Origin: Dehalococcoidia bacterium
GTDB taxonomy: Bacteria > Chloroflexota > Dehalococcoidia > GIF9 > UBA5629
Assembly: GCA_050011565.1 (NCBI GenBank)
Contig: JBEKIW010000006.1
Coordinates: 27,848-91,847, forward strand
Length of the DNA stretch: 64,000 nt
Direction of reading: 5' to 3'
The notes beneath the pieces are model-generated. The model saw only the letters and a list, made by a program, of their open reading frames with translations. It ran no database searches and was not told where the DNA came from. This document shows positions 40,361 through 49,075 of this stretch, in pieces. Position numbers and translations under genes: made by a program. Position 1 is the stretch's first letter. The number at the start of each line of letters is the position of its first letter.

Positions 40361-40378
40361 GATTGCCACGCTTCGCTA
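40359..40378. repeat. fragment of the GTCATTGCGA...GCAATCTC palindromic miniature element
   Basis: GAGATTGCCACG is the reverse complement of CGTGGCAATCTC at 46420-46431; it lies between convergent genes. Confidence 0.5.
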
Positions 40379-40387
40379 GACGAACTA

Positions 40388-41023
40388 TTACTCTTCCCAG
40401 GCACCAGGTCCGATAAGCGGTACGAAGCGGCAGCCACCCAGATTTTTGACCAGATGTTTCCTTTTTCTCTTGGTGACCTTGAGCAAGTCCTGTTCCCATC
40501 GCGACCCTACGGGAATTACCATTCGCCCCCCCGGCGCCAACTGCTCCAGCAAAATATCGGGGATATGCGGGGCGCCGGCAGTTACTATTATGGCATCGTA
40601 GGGTGCGCCGTCCGGCCAGCCCAGTGTCTCACCGGCGCTGTGAATCTCAACATTATTGCAATCCAGTTTATCAAGGACCCTCTTCGCCGACTCTGCCAGT
40701 TTATCAATGCGCTCGATGCTGACTATCCGTTTCGCCAGTTTGGCTAGTATGGCTGTCTGATAGCCGCTTCCGGTACCTAATTCCAGAACCTTGTCATCTC
40801 CTTTGAGTTTTAAAGCCTGTGTCATCAAAGCCACAATGAAAGGTTGAGAAATAGTTTGCCCGAAACCAATGCTCAGGGGCATGTCTTCATAGGCGGCATA
40901 GTAATAATCGGCTGATACGAAAAGCTCTCGAGGCACGCACGATATGGCTGACAGCACACGTCTATCGCGAATTTCGTGTCTCAGACTTTCAAGCAGTCTG
41001 GTTCGGGCTGCCTCTAAACCCAC
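40388..41023 (-). CDS. pcm: protein-L-isoaspartate O-methyltransferase
   Basis: VPRELFV, AYED.PL.IG.GQTISQP, VLELGTGSGYQ, APYDAIIVTA, CRFVPL. Confidence 0.96.
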   Translation of the reverse strand: MGLEAARTRLLESLRHEIRDRRVLSAISCVPRELFVSADYYYAAYEDMPLSIGFGQTISQPFIVALMTQALKLKGDDKVLELGTGSGYQTAILAKLAKRIVSIERIDKLAESAKRVLDKLDCNNVEIHSAGETLGWPDGAPYDAIIVTAGAPHIPDILLEQLAPGGRMVIPVGSRWEQDLLKVTKRKRKHLVKNLGGCRFVPLIGPGAWEE

Positions 41024-41042
41024 GCACTTATACCTTAAGGCT

Positions 41043-41318
41043 TCAATGTAGAATAAAAGCTAATACAAAGAGTATTAAAAACAAAGCACCGGCGATGATT
41101 CCTATTTGTCGCATCTCTGGTACCACGTATTGATAGCGGTTGGCCTGAGCGGGCGTTACAGCGGATTGAACCGAAGCCGCTACAGCTCTAGGTTCAGCCG
41201 AGGGTTTAGCCATCGGCGTAGCCATCGGTTTTGCCTGATAGACCGGTTGGACTGGTGCTCTTTGTGCTAGCCTGGCAGCTGCTCGAAGTTTAGCTTTACG
41301 TCGTGATTTTTTCCCCAT
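41043..41318 (-). CDS. small hypothetical membrane-anchored protein
   Basis: Basic N-terminus, Pro/Ala linker, YQYVVPEMRQIGIIAG followed by a C-terminal TM helix. Confidence 0.65.
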   Translation of the reverse strand: MGKKSRRKAKLRAAARLAQRAPVQPVYQAKPMATPMAKPSAEPRAVAASVQSAVTPAQANRYQYVVPEMRQIGIIAGALFLILFVLAFILH

Positions 41319-41363
41319 ATTATTGCTCCAAAAAATACAGCATTACATATTCTATAGTCAAGG

Positions 41364-42233
41364 TCAAGGGCGAAGCTCCACCTGAGTATATGCCCGCGTA
41401 GTCGAAATATGGGCATGACCCAGTAGCTCCTGAACAGACTGTAAGTCGGCACCGCTCTTCAGTTTATGCGCCGCAAAGCTGTGACGCAGGCTGCGAGGCG
41501 TGACCTTGCCGCTGAGCTCGACCTTATCGGCATAGCCCTGAACAATCTGCCAGAAGCCTTGCCGGGTGAGCCGTTCACCGCGGCGGTTAAGGAACAAAGC
41601 GGTCTCTTTCTCATCGCTCAATAACTCAGGTCGAACGACGTCGATATATTCTTTAACCAGCCGGGCCACAGGTGAGTCAAAAGGAACCACTCGGGTTTTA
41701 GAACCAGACCCCAGGCACCGCACCGTGTTTCTCTTGGTGTCGATATCCCGCGTGTTCAGGGACATCAACTCACTGGCTCTCAAGCCAGTGGCATAGAGCA
41801 ACTCCAACATCGTTTTATCTCTCTTGGCGTCGACGGTAGAACGCTTGGCCGGCTCCGATAACAATCGCCGGACCTCGGCAACAGATAGAGGTTTGGGCAG
41901 AGGTTTGCTTACCTGAGGTGAAGCCAGGTTCGGCGCTAAATCGCTTCTCAGCTTTCCCCTGTCAACCATAAATTTAAGGAAGGATTTAGCTGCGGCTATC
42001 TTGCGCGCCACGGTAGATGGTGTGTACCTTCTGACTCGCAGACTATGCAGGTAACCTGACAGAATCTCAGCGGTCAACCTCGACCCCGAAAGCTCAGAGC
42101 CGGAAGTTGAGCCCTGTGATTTCACATACTCAGCCAGCTGGCTTAAGTCGTTCTTATAAGCCGCCAAAGTGTTTTTGGAATACTTCTTTTCGCTGGTTAC
42201 ATAATCCAAGAAGGACTTTATGTCTTCTTCCAT
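41364..42233 (-). CDS. xerD: XerD-like tyrosine recombinase with substituted catalytic residues
   Basis: SKNTLAAYKNDL, LLYATGLRASEL, LFLNRRGERLTRQGFW, LRHSFA, VQELLGHA.ISTT..Y. Confidence 0.8.
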   Translation of the reverse strand: MEEDIKSFLDYVTSEKKYSKNTLAAYKNDLSQLAEYVKSQGSTSGSELSGSRLTAEILSGYLHSLRVRRYTPSTVARKIAAAKSFLKFMVDRGKLRSDLAPNLASPQVSKPLPKPLSVAEVRRLLSEPAKRSTVDAKRDKTMLELLYATGLRASELMSLNTRDIDTKRNTVRCLGSGSKTRVVPFDSPVARLVKEYIDVVRPELLSDEKETALFLNRRGERLTRQGFWQIVQGYADKVELSGKVTPRSLRHSFAAHKLKSGADLQSVQELLGHAHISTTRAYTQVELRP

Positions 42234-42355
42234 TTTCAAACGCCCACGATATTCTATCACAATCGAGCCTGTCAAAGCTACGCATATGATAAGATTTTAA
42301 AAACTTTTTGTCTACTTTTCCCGCTCAATGATACAATAAATTGTAGCAGAACGAT

Positions 42356-44161
42356 ATGCCTCTTAAGGAACAGCTAAAAATATTACCCGCCAAACCCGGC
42401 GTCTATCTCTTCAAAGACAACCTGGGCAAGGTCATTTACGTTGGTAAAGCATCCAGCCTGCGTAATCGGGTTGGAAGTTATTTCAGCTCGAGTGCCAAGC
42501 TATCATCCAAGCTGGAGCGCCTGGTGGACCGGATAAGTGACCTTGAAGCCATAGTTACCGACTCGGAATACGAAGCCCTGATTCTGGAAAACAACCTTAT
42601 TAAAAAATACCGCCCTACTTACAATGTGCTCCTGAAAGACGACAAGACCTTTCCCTATCTCAAGATAGACCTTAAAAATGACTGGCCGACCGTTCGCATT
42701 ACCCGCCGTTTTCACAAGGATGGGGACAGGTATTTCGGCCCTTATATTAGCGCCTATTCCTTGAAACAGACGATGAAGTTAATAAGGAAAATCTTTCCTT
42801 TCCGCTCTTGCAACAGGACAATCACCGGGAAAGATGCCAGGCCGTGTCTTGAATATCACATCAAAAGCTGTCTGGGACCATGTATAGGCGCTATAAGTCA
42901 GGAAGATTATTACGACGTAATAAAACAGGTCGTCCTGTTTCTTGAAGGTAAGCAGGAGCTGCTGATTCAAGACCTGAAGCACAAAATGGAAGAAGCCTCG
43001 CGGCAGCTTCAATACGAGAAGGCGGCTTTGCTTCGCGACCAGATACAAGCCCTAGAAAATGTTGTTGAAAACCAGAGGATTGCGGTCACCGTTAGAGGTG
43101 ACGAGGATGCTATCGCCCTGGCACAAACCAAGGACCTGGCTTACATGGAGATTTTCTTTATCCGTAACAACAAACTCATGGGGCGTGACTATGTTCTGCT
43201 CGATGGTGTCCGCGATGAAGAGCCAGACCAGATAATGACCAGCTTCGTTAAGCAATACTATTCGTCGACTTCGTCAATACCACCTCTAATCCTACTCCAG
43301 TTTCCTATTGATGAGCCTGATGTCATCTCCAGATGGCTGTCCAATCAAAGAGGAGCATCAGTAAAGTTGCGCGTGCCACAACGTGGAATCAAGAAACAGC
43401 TTATAAACATAGTCGAAGAGAATGCCCGGCAGGGGCTGGCCTTATACCAGGCCAAACAGTCAAAAATCATCGAATCGGCCCTCGTTCTGGAGGAGCTAAA
43501 GGATAGACTTGGCTTGCCCCGAATGCCGCTGCGGATAGAGGGCTACGACATATCCAATATTCGTGGCAATCAGGCAGTGGGCAGCATGGCGGTCTTCAGT
43601 AAGGGCCTGTCCAAACGGGCACACTACCGGCGATTCCGAATAAAGTCGGTATTCGGCATAGACGACTACGCCATGATACAGGAGGTGTTACATCGGCGGT
43701 TCAAGCGGTCGCTAGCGGCTGACGACAAATGGTCGGCAACGCCCGACCTCATTCTCATCGACGGCGGCAAAGGTCACCTCAATGCCGGCCTGGAGATACT
43801 TAAAGAACTGGGGCTAGACTCAATCCCCGCCGCCAGCCTGGCTAAAGAAAAGGAAGAGGTATTCGTACCCGGCAGGTCTGAGCCGCTTAATATTCCCCGA
43901 ACTTCGGCCGCGCTCCACCTGCTGCAGAGAGTCAGGGATGAAGCCCATCGCTTCGCTTTAGGCTATCATCGAAAGCTGCGGCACAAGGAGAGCATAGCTT
44001 CGGCGCTGGACAGCATCCCCGGCATCGGCCCCAAGCGGAAAAGAGCCCTGCTTAAAAAATTCGGCTCGGTACGGAGCATCAAAGAGGCATCTATAGACGA
44101 GCTTTCCCGGGTACCCGGAATAACCGGCAAACTGGCTGAGAAAGTGAAGGAATACCTTTAA
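42356..44161 (+). CDS. uvrC: excinuclease ABC subunit C
   Basis: GIY-YIG (PGVYLF..VIYVGKA), CLEYHIKSCLGPC, UVR domain, IEGYDISN, DDYAM, LIDGGKG, RDEAHRFA, HhH. Confidence 0.98.
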   Translation: MPLKEQLKILPAKPGVYLFKDNLGKVIYVGKASSLRNRVGSYFSSSAKLSSKLERLVDRISDLEAIVTDSEYEALILENNLIKKYRPTYNVLLKDDKTFPYLKIDLKNDWPTVRITRRFHKDGDRYFGPYISAYSLKQTMKLIRKIFPFRSCNRTITGKDARPCLEYHIKSCLGPCIGAISQEDYYDVIKQVVLFLEGKQELLIQDLKHKMEEASRQLQYEKAALLRDQIQALENVVENQRIAVTVRGDEDAIALAQTKDLAYMEIFFIRNNKLMGRDYVLLDGVRDEEPDQIMTSFVKQYYSSTSSIPPLILLQFPIDEPDVISRWLSNQRGASVKLRVPQRGIKKQLINIVEENARQGLALYQAKQSKIIESALVLEELKDRLGLPRMPLRIEGYDISNIRGNQAVGSMAVFSKGLSKRAHYRRFRIKSVFGIDDYAMIQEVLHRRFKRSLAADDKWSATPDLILIDGGKGHLNAGLEILKELGLDSIPAASLAKEKEEVFVPGRSEPLNIPRTSAALHLLQRVRDEAHRFALGYHRKLRHKESIASALDSIPGIGPKRKRALLKKFGSVRSIKEASIDELSRVPGITGKLAEKVKEYL

Positions 44162-44186
44162 ATGAAGCAGCACCACATCCATATTG

Positions 44187-44332
44187 CCCCACAAAATCCA
44201 AAATCCTAAGCATCAAATACTAAACAAATTCAAATCTCTAATACTCAAATGTTAATTAGCCAAACCATTTTTAAATTTGGAGAATTTGAATTTTGGTATT
44301 GTCTGTGATTTAGTATTTAGTATTTAGGATTT
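44187..44332. repeat. AT-rich long imperfect inverted repeat built from ~7-nt AAATNCN units
   Basis: AAATCCTAA(44201)/TTAGGATTT(44324) and AAATACTAAA(44215)/TTTAGTATTT(44309) pair; a related half-copy lies at 46237-46292. Confidence 0.7.
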
Positions 44333-44348
44333 CTAATAGAAGCCGCAC

Positions 44349-44374
44349 GGGTGAGGCTAAAGCCTCGCCCCTAC
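44349..44374 (-). repeat. GTAG-type REP-like palindrome overlapping the DUF72 stop codon
   Basis: Minus strand GTAG-GGGCGAGGCT-TT-AGCCTCACCC. Confidence 0.6.
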
Positions 44375-45096
44375 TGTACTAAAAACCTTCTTAATGTCCT
44401 GGCATTATTCAGGGCATAACCGCCGGCATCGTTGTTGAAATAGATATAAACCGCCTTAAGATTTTCGCCTAACTTAGTGATTTTCTTTGCCCAGCTGTAA
44501 AGTTCCTTATCGCTGTAGTTGCTCCAGTATAAGCCGCTACTGCCGTGAAAACGTACATACGCGAAGTCGGCCGTAGCTACCACCGGGCTGGTAAAGTCCG
44601 GCATATCGAAGACGCACCAGCCGGCATTGTATCTCTTCAAAATATTAAAAACGCCATCATCAGACCACGACTCGTGGCGAAACTCGAAGACATGGCGATA
44701 CATGCCGGGCAATATAGCCAAAAAAGCCTCCAATCTCTCGTCATTGCGCTTCATATTCGGTGGTAGCTGGTAAAGTAACGGCCCGAGCTTGTCCTTCAGT
44801 AAATCAGCTCTCTCTAAAAAGTTCTGCAGCGGCTCTTCTACGTTCTTCAGCCTCTTTATGTGCGTGATGAACCGACTGACTTTAACCGCGAAAATAAAAC
44901 TTTCTGATGAAGCTTCCCACCAGTTAATGAAGGCTTTTTCCGAAGGCAGACGATAGAAGCTGTTATTTAGCTCTACCGTAGTAAAATGCCGGGCATAGAA
45001 TTCCAGCCACTTCGACTTGGCCAGTTCCTCAGGATAAAAAAGCCCACGCCAGTCTTCGTAATGCCAGCCGCTGGTTCCGACGAAATACTCAGGCAT
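44371..45096 (-). CDS. DUF72 family protein
   Basis: GTSGWHY..W..FYP, VELNNSFY, FAVKVSRFITH, LYQLPP, EFRHESW, YVRFHG, YFNND. Confidence 0.93.
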   Translation of the reverse strand: MPEYFVGTSGWHYEDWRGLFYPEELAKSKWLEFYARHFTTVELNNSFYRLPSEKAFINWWEASSESFIFAVKVSRFITHIKRLKNVEEPLQNFLERADLLKDKLGPLLYQLPPNMKRNDERLEAFLAILPGMYRHVFEFRHESWSDDGVFNILKRYNAGWCVFDMPDFTSPVVATADFAYVRFHGSSGLYWSNYSDKELYSWAKKITKLGENLKAVYIYFNNDAGGYALNNARTLRRFLVQ

Positions 45097-45135
45097 TGGA
45101 CTTCAGCGCCACCCCACAGCTATAATTAATTACCA

Positions 45136-45402
45136 ATGAAACAGCCTGACAGCCAATCAAAACTTCCCGTTCCCGTAAATCCGCCGAAGCTGCTCAACCA
45201 GGGCTTCCTCTGGATACGCAGCCGCGGCAGCTCTATCAAAACGCGAAGGTTCTCCGGAATCTCCTCGGTCTTAATGGCACCCGTCTTCATGCTGGAATTC
45301 CTGTTCCTGGCCCTGCTTATAGGCATAATATTGCTCATCTTTGGACTTTATGTAATGTTCAACCTGCTGGTTTCCCTACCCCGGCTGAAAAAAGGCACTT
45401 AA
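45136..45402 (+). CDS. small hypothetical membrane protein
   Basis: Fills the gap between two minus-strand genes; long hydrophobic C-terminal half. Confidence 0.45.
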   Translation: MKQPDSQSKLPVPVNPPKLLNQGFLWIRSRGSSIKTRRFSGISSVLMAPVFMLEFLFLALLIGIILLIFGLYVMFNLLVSLPRLKKGT

Positions 45403-45405
45403 CGC

Positions 45406-46185
45406 CTATTGCTCGTCCAACTTTGCTAAATCAAACTTCATTCCGTCACGGGCCGCTATAACCTTGATGCCCGTTTCTTCGCTCAGCTTCTGGGCTAATT
45501 CCCAGGGCTTGGACCGCCATATCGACATGCCGAAATGAGTCAGTATGGCAGCCTTAGGTTTGACTTCCTCGATTATTTGCCTGGCTTCGACAAGAGACAG
45601 GTGATCGACCGGGTCCCTGGGCTCCATCAAAACCACGTTTATAACCAGCAGCTCAGCCCGATAGAAGCCAGCCAGCTCGGGAAAGTACTTGGTGTCGGTA
45701 ATCCAGGAAAAAGTATGCCTCGGCGTCTTGAAAACAAATCCGTAGGTCTCAACCGGATGCCTGTGCCTGACCGGAGTTACAAAAGAGACGCCGTCTACGG
45801 AATAAGACCCGCCCTCAGATAAAATTTCTATCTTCTGCGGAAAATTTCGCAGGTACGGAAAAATCACCGCATCTTTATTCAGCGCATCGGATGGTGCGAA
45901 CAGTACACCCCTTTGCCTCCGGCCACCTTCGGTCATGGCTTCAATCATAATGTTAATATCGCCGGAGTGGTCCAGATGCTTGTGAGACAGGATAATAGCC
46001 TTGAGCTTCAAGGCATCCAGCTTTCTTTTCACGCTCTGGACCAGGCAGCCGGGACCGGGGTCAAGAAGTATCTGGGTGCCACCCAGATTCAGCCAGGCGC
46101 CTCCCGAAGCCAGAAACTGCTTGGTCACCACAAACCGCGCGCCCGCTGTGCCCAGAAAGGTTATGGTATCCGACAGCTCTTCCAC
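45406..46185 (-). CDS. metallo-beta-lactamase-fold hydrolase (RNase Z/PhnP-like)
   Basis: FLGTAG, DPGPG, SHKHLDHSGD, HPVETYG, TDT, HLS, LTHFG. Confidence 0.9.
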   Translation of the reverse strand: MEELSDTITFLGTAGARFVVTKQFLASGGAWLNLGGTQILLDPGPGCLVQSVKRKLDALKLKAIILSHKHLDHSGDINIMIEAMTEGGRRQRGVLFAPSDALNKDAVIFPYLRNFPQKIEILSEGGSYSVDGVSFVTPVRHRHPVETYGFVFKTPRHTFSWITDTKYFPELAGFYRAELLVINVVLMEPRDPVDHLSLVEARQIIEEVKPKAAILTHFGMSIWRSKPWELAQKLSEETGIKVIAARDGMKFDLAKLDEQ

Positions 46186-46236
46186 AGCCCCTAATTATAT
46201 CAAGAAAACCAGCCATATCCCCACACCCTACTAACA

Positions 46237-46292
46237 CCCCACAAATCCGAAATTCCAAACATCAAATCCCAAACAATATCCAATTTCAAAAT
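46237..46292. repeat. left-arm copy of the AT-rich repeat at 44187-44332
   Basis: CCCCACAAATCCGAAATTCCAAACATCAAATCCCAAACAATATCCAATTTCAAA aligns with CCCCACAAAATCCAAAATCCTAAGCATCAAATACTAAACAAATTCAAATCTCTAA. Confidence 0.6.
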
Positions 46293-46328
46293 CGGATAAA
46301 CAAAAAATGTAGCGTAAAAGTAAGTACC

Positions 46329-46431
46329 TGTCATTGCGAACCCTTCGCGCTGGGTCATTTCGATCCCATCCCCGCTCATTCTGAGCCTGTCGAAGAATCT
46401 CCACTCAGGATAAACTCCGCGTGGCAATCTC
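46329..46431. repeat. composite palindromic miniature element (GTCATTGCGA...GTGGCAATCTC with nested CATTCTGAGCCTGTCGAAG / CTCAGGA motifs)
   Basis: Outer ATTGC/GCAAT dyad plus inner CTTCG/CGAAG and CTGAG/CTCAG dyads. Resembles intergenic palindromic repeats common in anaerobe genomes. Confidence 0.6.
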
Positions 46432-46506
46432 ACGGCCATCCTCTAGCTTACATATCATGTTTCTGTTAAAATTGGCGCAGCCTCACCACTAAGAAAAAGA
46501 AATCAA

Positions 46507-47424
46507 ATGACCACACTACAGGACGAAATCGCCCAGTTCCTCAGGAAATACCAGGCAAAAACCGGTAAGCTGCTGACCATCGGCACCGTCGAATCGGCTA
46601 CCGGCGGCAGAATCAGCGACAAGATAACCAATGTCCCCGGCAGCTCCGACTATTTCAAAGGCTCAATCGTCTCATACAGCAATGAAGCCAAGACGAATAT
46701 CGTCGGTGTCAAAAAACAGACACTCAGGAAACATGGCGCCGTCAGCCGCCAGACAGCCATAGAGATGGCTAAAGGCGGTAGGAAACTGCTCAGGGTAGAT
46801 GTCTGCCTGTCCGACACCGGAATCGCCGGGCCCACCGGTGATATGCCCGGAAAGCCCGTAGGATTATTCTATATCGGTCTCTCCGCTAAAGACAGCAATC
46901 TGGCTAAGGAGCACCGTTTCCAAGGCAATCGCGAGGAAAACAAGCAAAAAGCGGCTGAAATGGCGCTGACCATGTTGATAGATTATTTACAAAAGCGCGT
47001 CAGCGAATCAGCCGATAGCACCATGGACGAGAAACATGTGGTTACCTGCTTCCTGGAGCATGGCCGAAAAATCTTGATTTTAAGGCGCAGCAGCAAAGTT
47101 GGCACTTACCGTCGAAGCTGGGCTGGCGTCAGCGGCTACATCGAGACGAACGACATCGACCAGGCTTTCACCGAGATAAGACAGGAAACACAACTTTATC
47201 AAAAAGACCTGAAATTAATAAAAAAGGGCGCGCCGTTGGAAGTCATCGATAAGAACCTGAACCGCAAGTGGATAGTCCACCCCTTCCTTTTCCACGTAAA
47301 GGCGCCGGACAAAATCAAGATTGACTGGGAGCATACCGAGTCTAAGTGGATTAAACCGTCGGAACTGAAAAAATACGACACCGTTCCCGGACTGGCCAAA
47401 GCCCTGGCACGGGTGAATAAATGA
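46507..47424 (+). CDS. PncC/CinA C-terminal NMN deamidase fused to a Nudix domain
   Basis: VESATGG, PGSSDYF, YSNEAK, HGAVS, TGIAGP, KPVG; C-terminal VTCFL..ILILRRS..WAGVSGYIE...IDWEH.E..W. Confidence 0.88.
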   Translation: MTTLQDEIAQFLRKYQAKTGKLLTIGTVESATGGRISDKITNVPGSSDYFKGSIVSYSNEAKTNIVGVKKQTLRKHGAVSRQTAIEMAKGGRKLLRVDVCLSDTGIAGPTGDMPGKPVGLFYIGLSAKDSNLAKEHRFQGNREENKQKAAEMALTMLIDYLQKRVSESADSTMDEKHVVTCFLEHGRKILILRRSSKVGTYRRSWAGVSGYIETNDIDQAFTEIRQETQLYQKDLKLIKKGAPLEVIDKNLNRKWIVHPFLFHVKAPDKIKIDWEHTESKWIKPSELKKYDTVPGLAKALARVNK

Positions 47425-47466
47425 AACGCGTCTGCAATTCCCCTTTTACCAGACCAGGAGCTGAAC

Positions 47467-47569
47467 ATGCTGGCTAAAGTAATGAGCTGTGCCGTAGTCG
47501 GGCTGGAGGGAGCCATCGTTGAAGTCGAGGTTGATATCTCTCCCGGGCTGCCCGCATTTACAATTGTTG
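47467..47569 (+). pseudogene. comM: 5' fragment of comM/yifB (Mg-chelatase-like AAA+ ATPase), interrupted by an integrated element
   Basis: CAGGAG SD then MLAKVMSCAVVGLEGAIVEVEVDISPGLPAFTIV. The family's next residues (GLPD) are replaced by VSPYRNCLLESNLQ, stop at 47611-47613. Not in the ORF track. Confidence 0.88.
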
Positions 47570-49075
47570 TATCACCTTATCGAAATTGCCTATTGGAATC
47601 AAACCTTCAATAATAACTGTAAGTCTATCAATCCAGATTTTGACCTGTAGTGCCTGCATCGCCAATCGCTTCTGCACAAAGCCAAAATCATCTATGTTTT
47701 GGGCTGCCATTTCACAAAACCTCTTTATCCCATTCTCATTTATCTCAGCTTGTTTTGCTGTCTCCATTTGCATCTCCAGCTCATCAATTGCCTGTTCAAT
47801 CCTTGCTCTCTGGTCGTAAATTCTCTGAAGTTCTGCCAATGTTTTTTCTTCGGACCTACCGGCATATAGTCGCAACCGTATAGCCCGAGTCTCAGCCTCA
47901 TCCAAATTTCCTAGTCGACTCTGGTTACGTTGCAATTCCTCCTCTATGTACTTAACTTCTGTTTTCGCTTCACGCCGGCGCTTCAATTCGTGCAATAGCA
48001 GGTCTGGATTTTGCAATGTCTCTTTTACACGGTTCCAAACGATTGTCTCCAACCAATCAGCATTTACGCGATAGTTGCGACATGGCTCTGGAGACACAAC
48101 CCTGCTCCGGCCCGGACATCGATAATAGCGGTATCGCTTATGCTCTGGTTCTCCACAATAACGTCGTTCACAATGGCGGCAAAAAACCAAACCCCTTAAT
48201 AGCCACTGGTACTTCTGGTCTCTTGATGCTAATCCGACATTCATTTTAAGCTGTCTCTGTGCTGCCTGAAAGGTCTCTTTAGTTATTATTGGAGGTGTTG
48301 CATCCGGTAGCTCAATCCATTCTTCTCTGGGTCGCGGTTCCCGACGCGAGCCCACAGCCCTCATTATGTAGCTATATGTTTCCCCACAATAAACAGGGTT
48401 TCGCAATATTCGCCCTACTGTTGTTCTTCCCCAACGGACTCCACCTTTTGGTGCTGGAATACCTCTTACGACTAACCTTCGGCAAATCTCATTACAGGAA
48501 CATTATTCTTCAATAAGCCACCTAAACATCATCGCTACGACGCTAGCTTGATAATCGTTCACTTTTCTTTTACCAGTTGTTGAGTCATAATCATATCCGT
48601 AGAGATTGACACCACCTGTTGGAAGTTTGCCCATCTGAGCTCTGCTTTTCCTACCTCTTGTTGTCCTTTCTCTTATCTTCTCTGCTTCCAATTTAGCAGC
48701 GAAGCCCTTTATATAAACTACTAACTTCCCTAGGTCAGAACTTTCTATTGTTTCAGTAACTAGGTCGAGCACAACACCTGCTCTGTTTATCTCCTCTTGT
48801 AGAATAATAAAATGACCTGGGTCGCGAGTTAGGCGGTCTAATGTGTAAGCAATAACAATATCCACATCTTTATCCTTCACCCACTGCCTAAGTTCAGATA
48901 GTTTAGGTCTATCGAGGGCCAACCCAGAGAATGTCTCCAGAACAATGAACTCGTCCGGCACCTCATAGCCAAGCTCAAAAGCTTTCTTTAGACAACCGTC
49001 TTTTTGGCTCTGTAACGATGTGCCTTCTTTTTGTTGGTCATCGGTTGATACTCGGCAATAAATTGCAGCCTTCAT
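47558..49075 (-). pseudogene. large serine recombinase (resolvase + recombinase + Zn ribbon + coiled coil) with one in-frame TAA at 48503-48505
   Basis: The two track ORFs are in the same frame, separated by TAA plus 32 sense codons (WLIEE*CSCNEICRRL...WGRTTVGRILRNPVYCG). Motifs YCRVST (catalytic Ser), SG...RP, DRLTR, CRHC...YYRC...C. Confidence 0.9.

Noticed and set aside
48503-48505. Programmed Sec/Pyl readthrough of the integrase stop
   Set aside because: The codon is TAA, which neither system uses; a nonsense mutation or read error is simpler.
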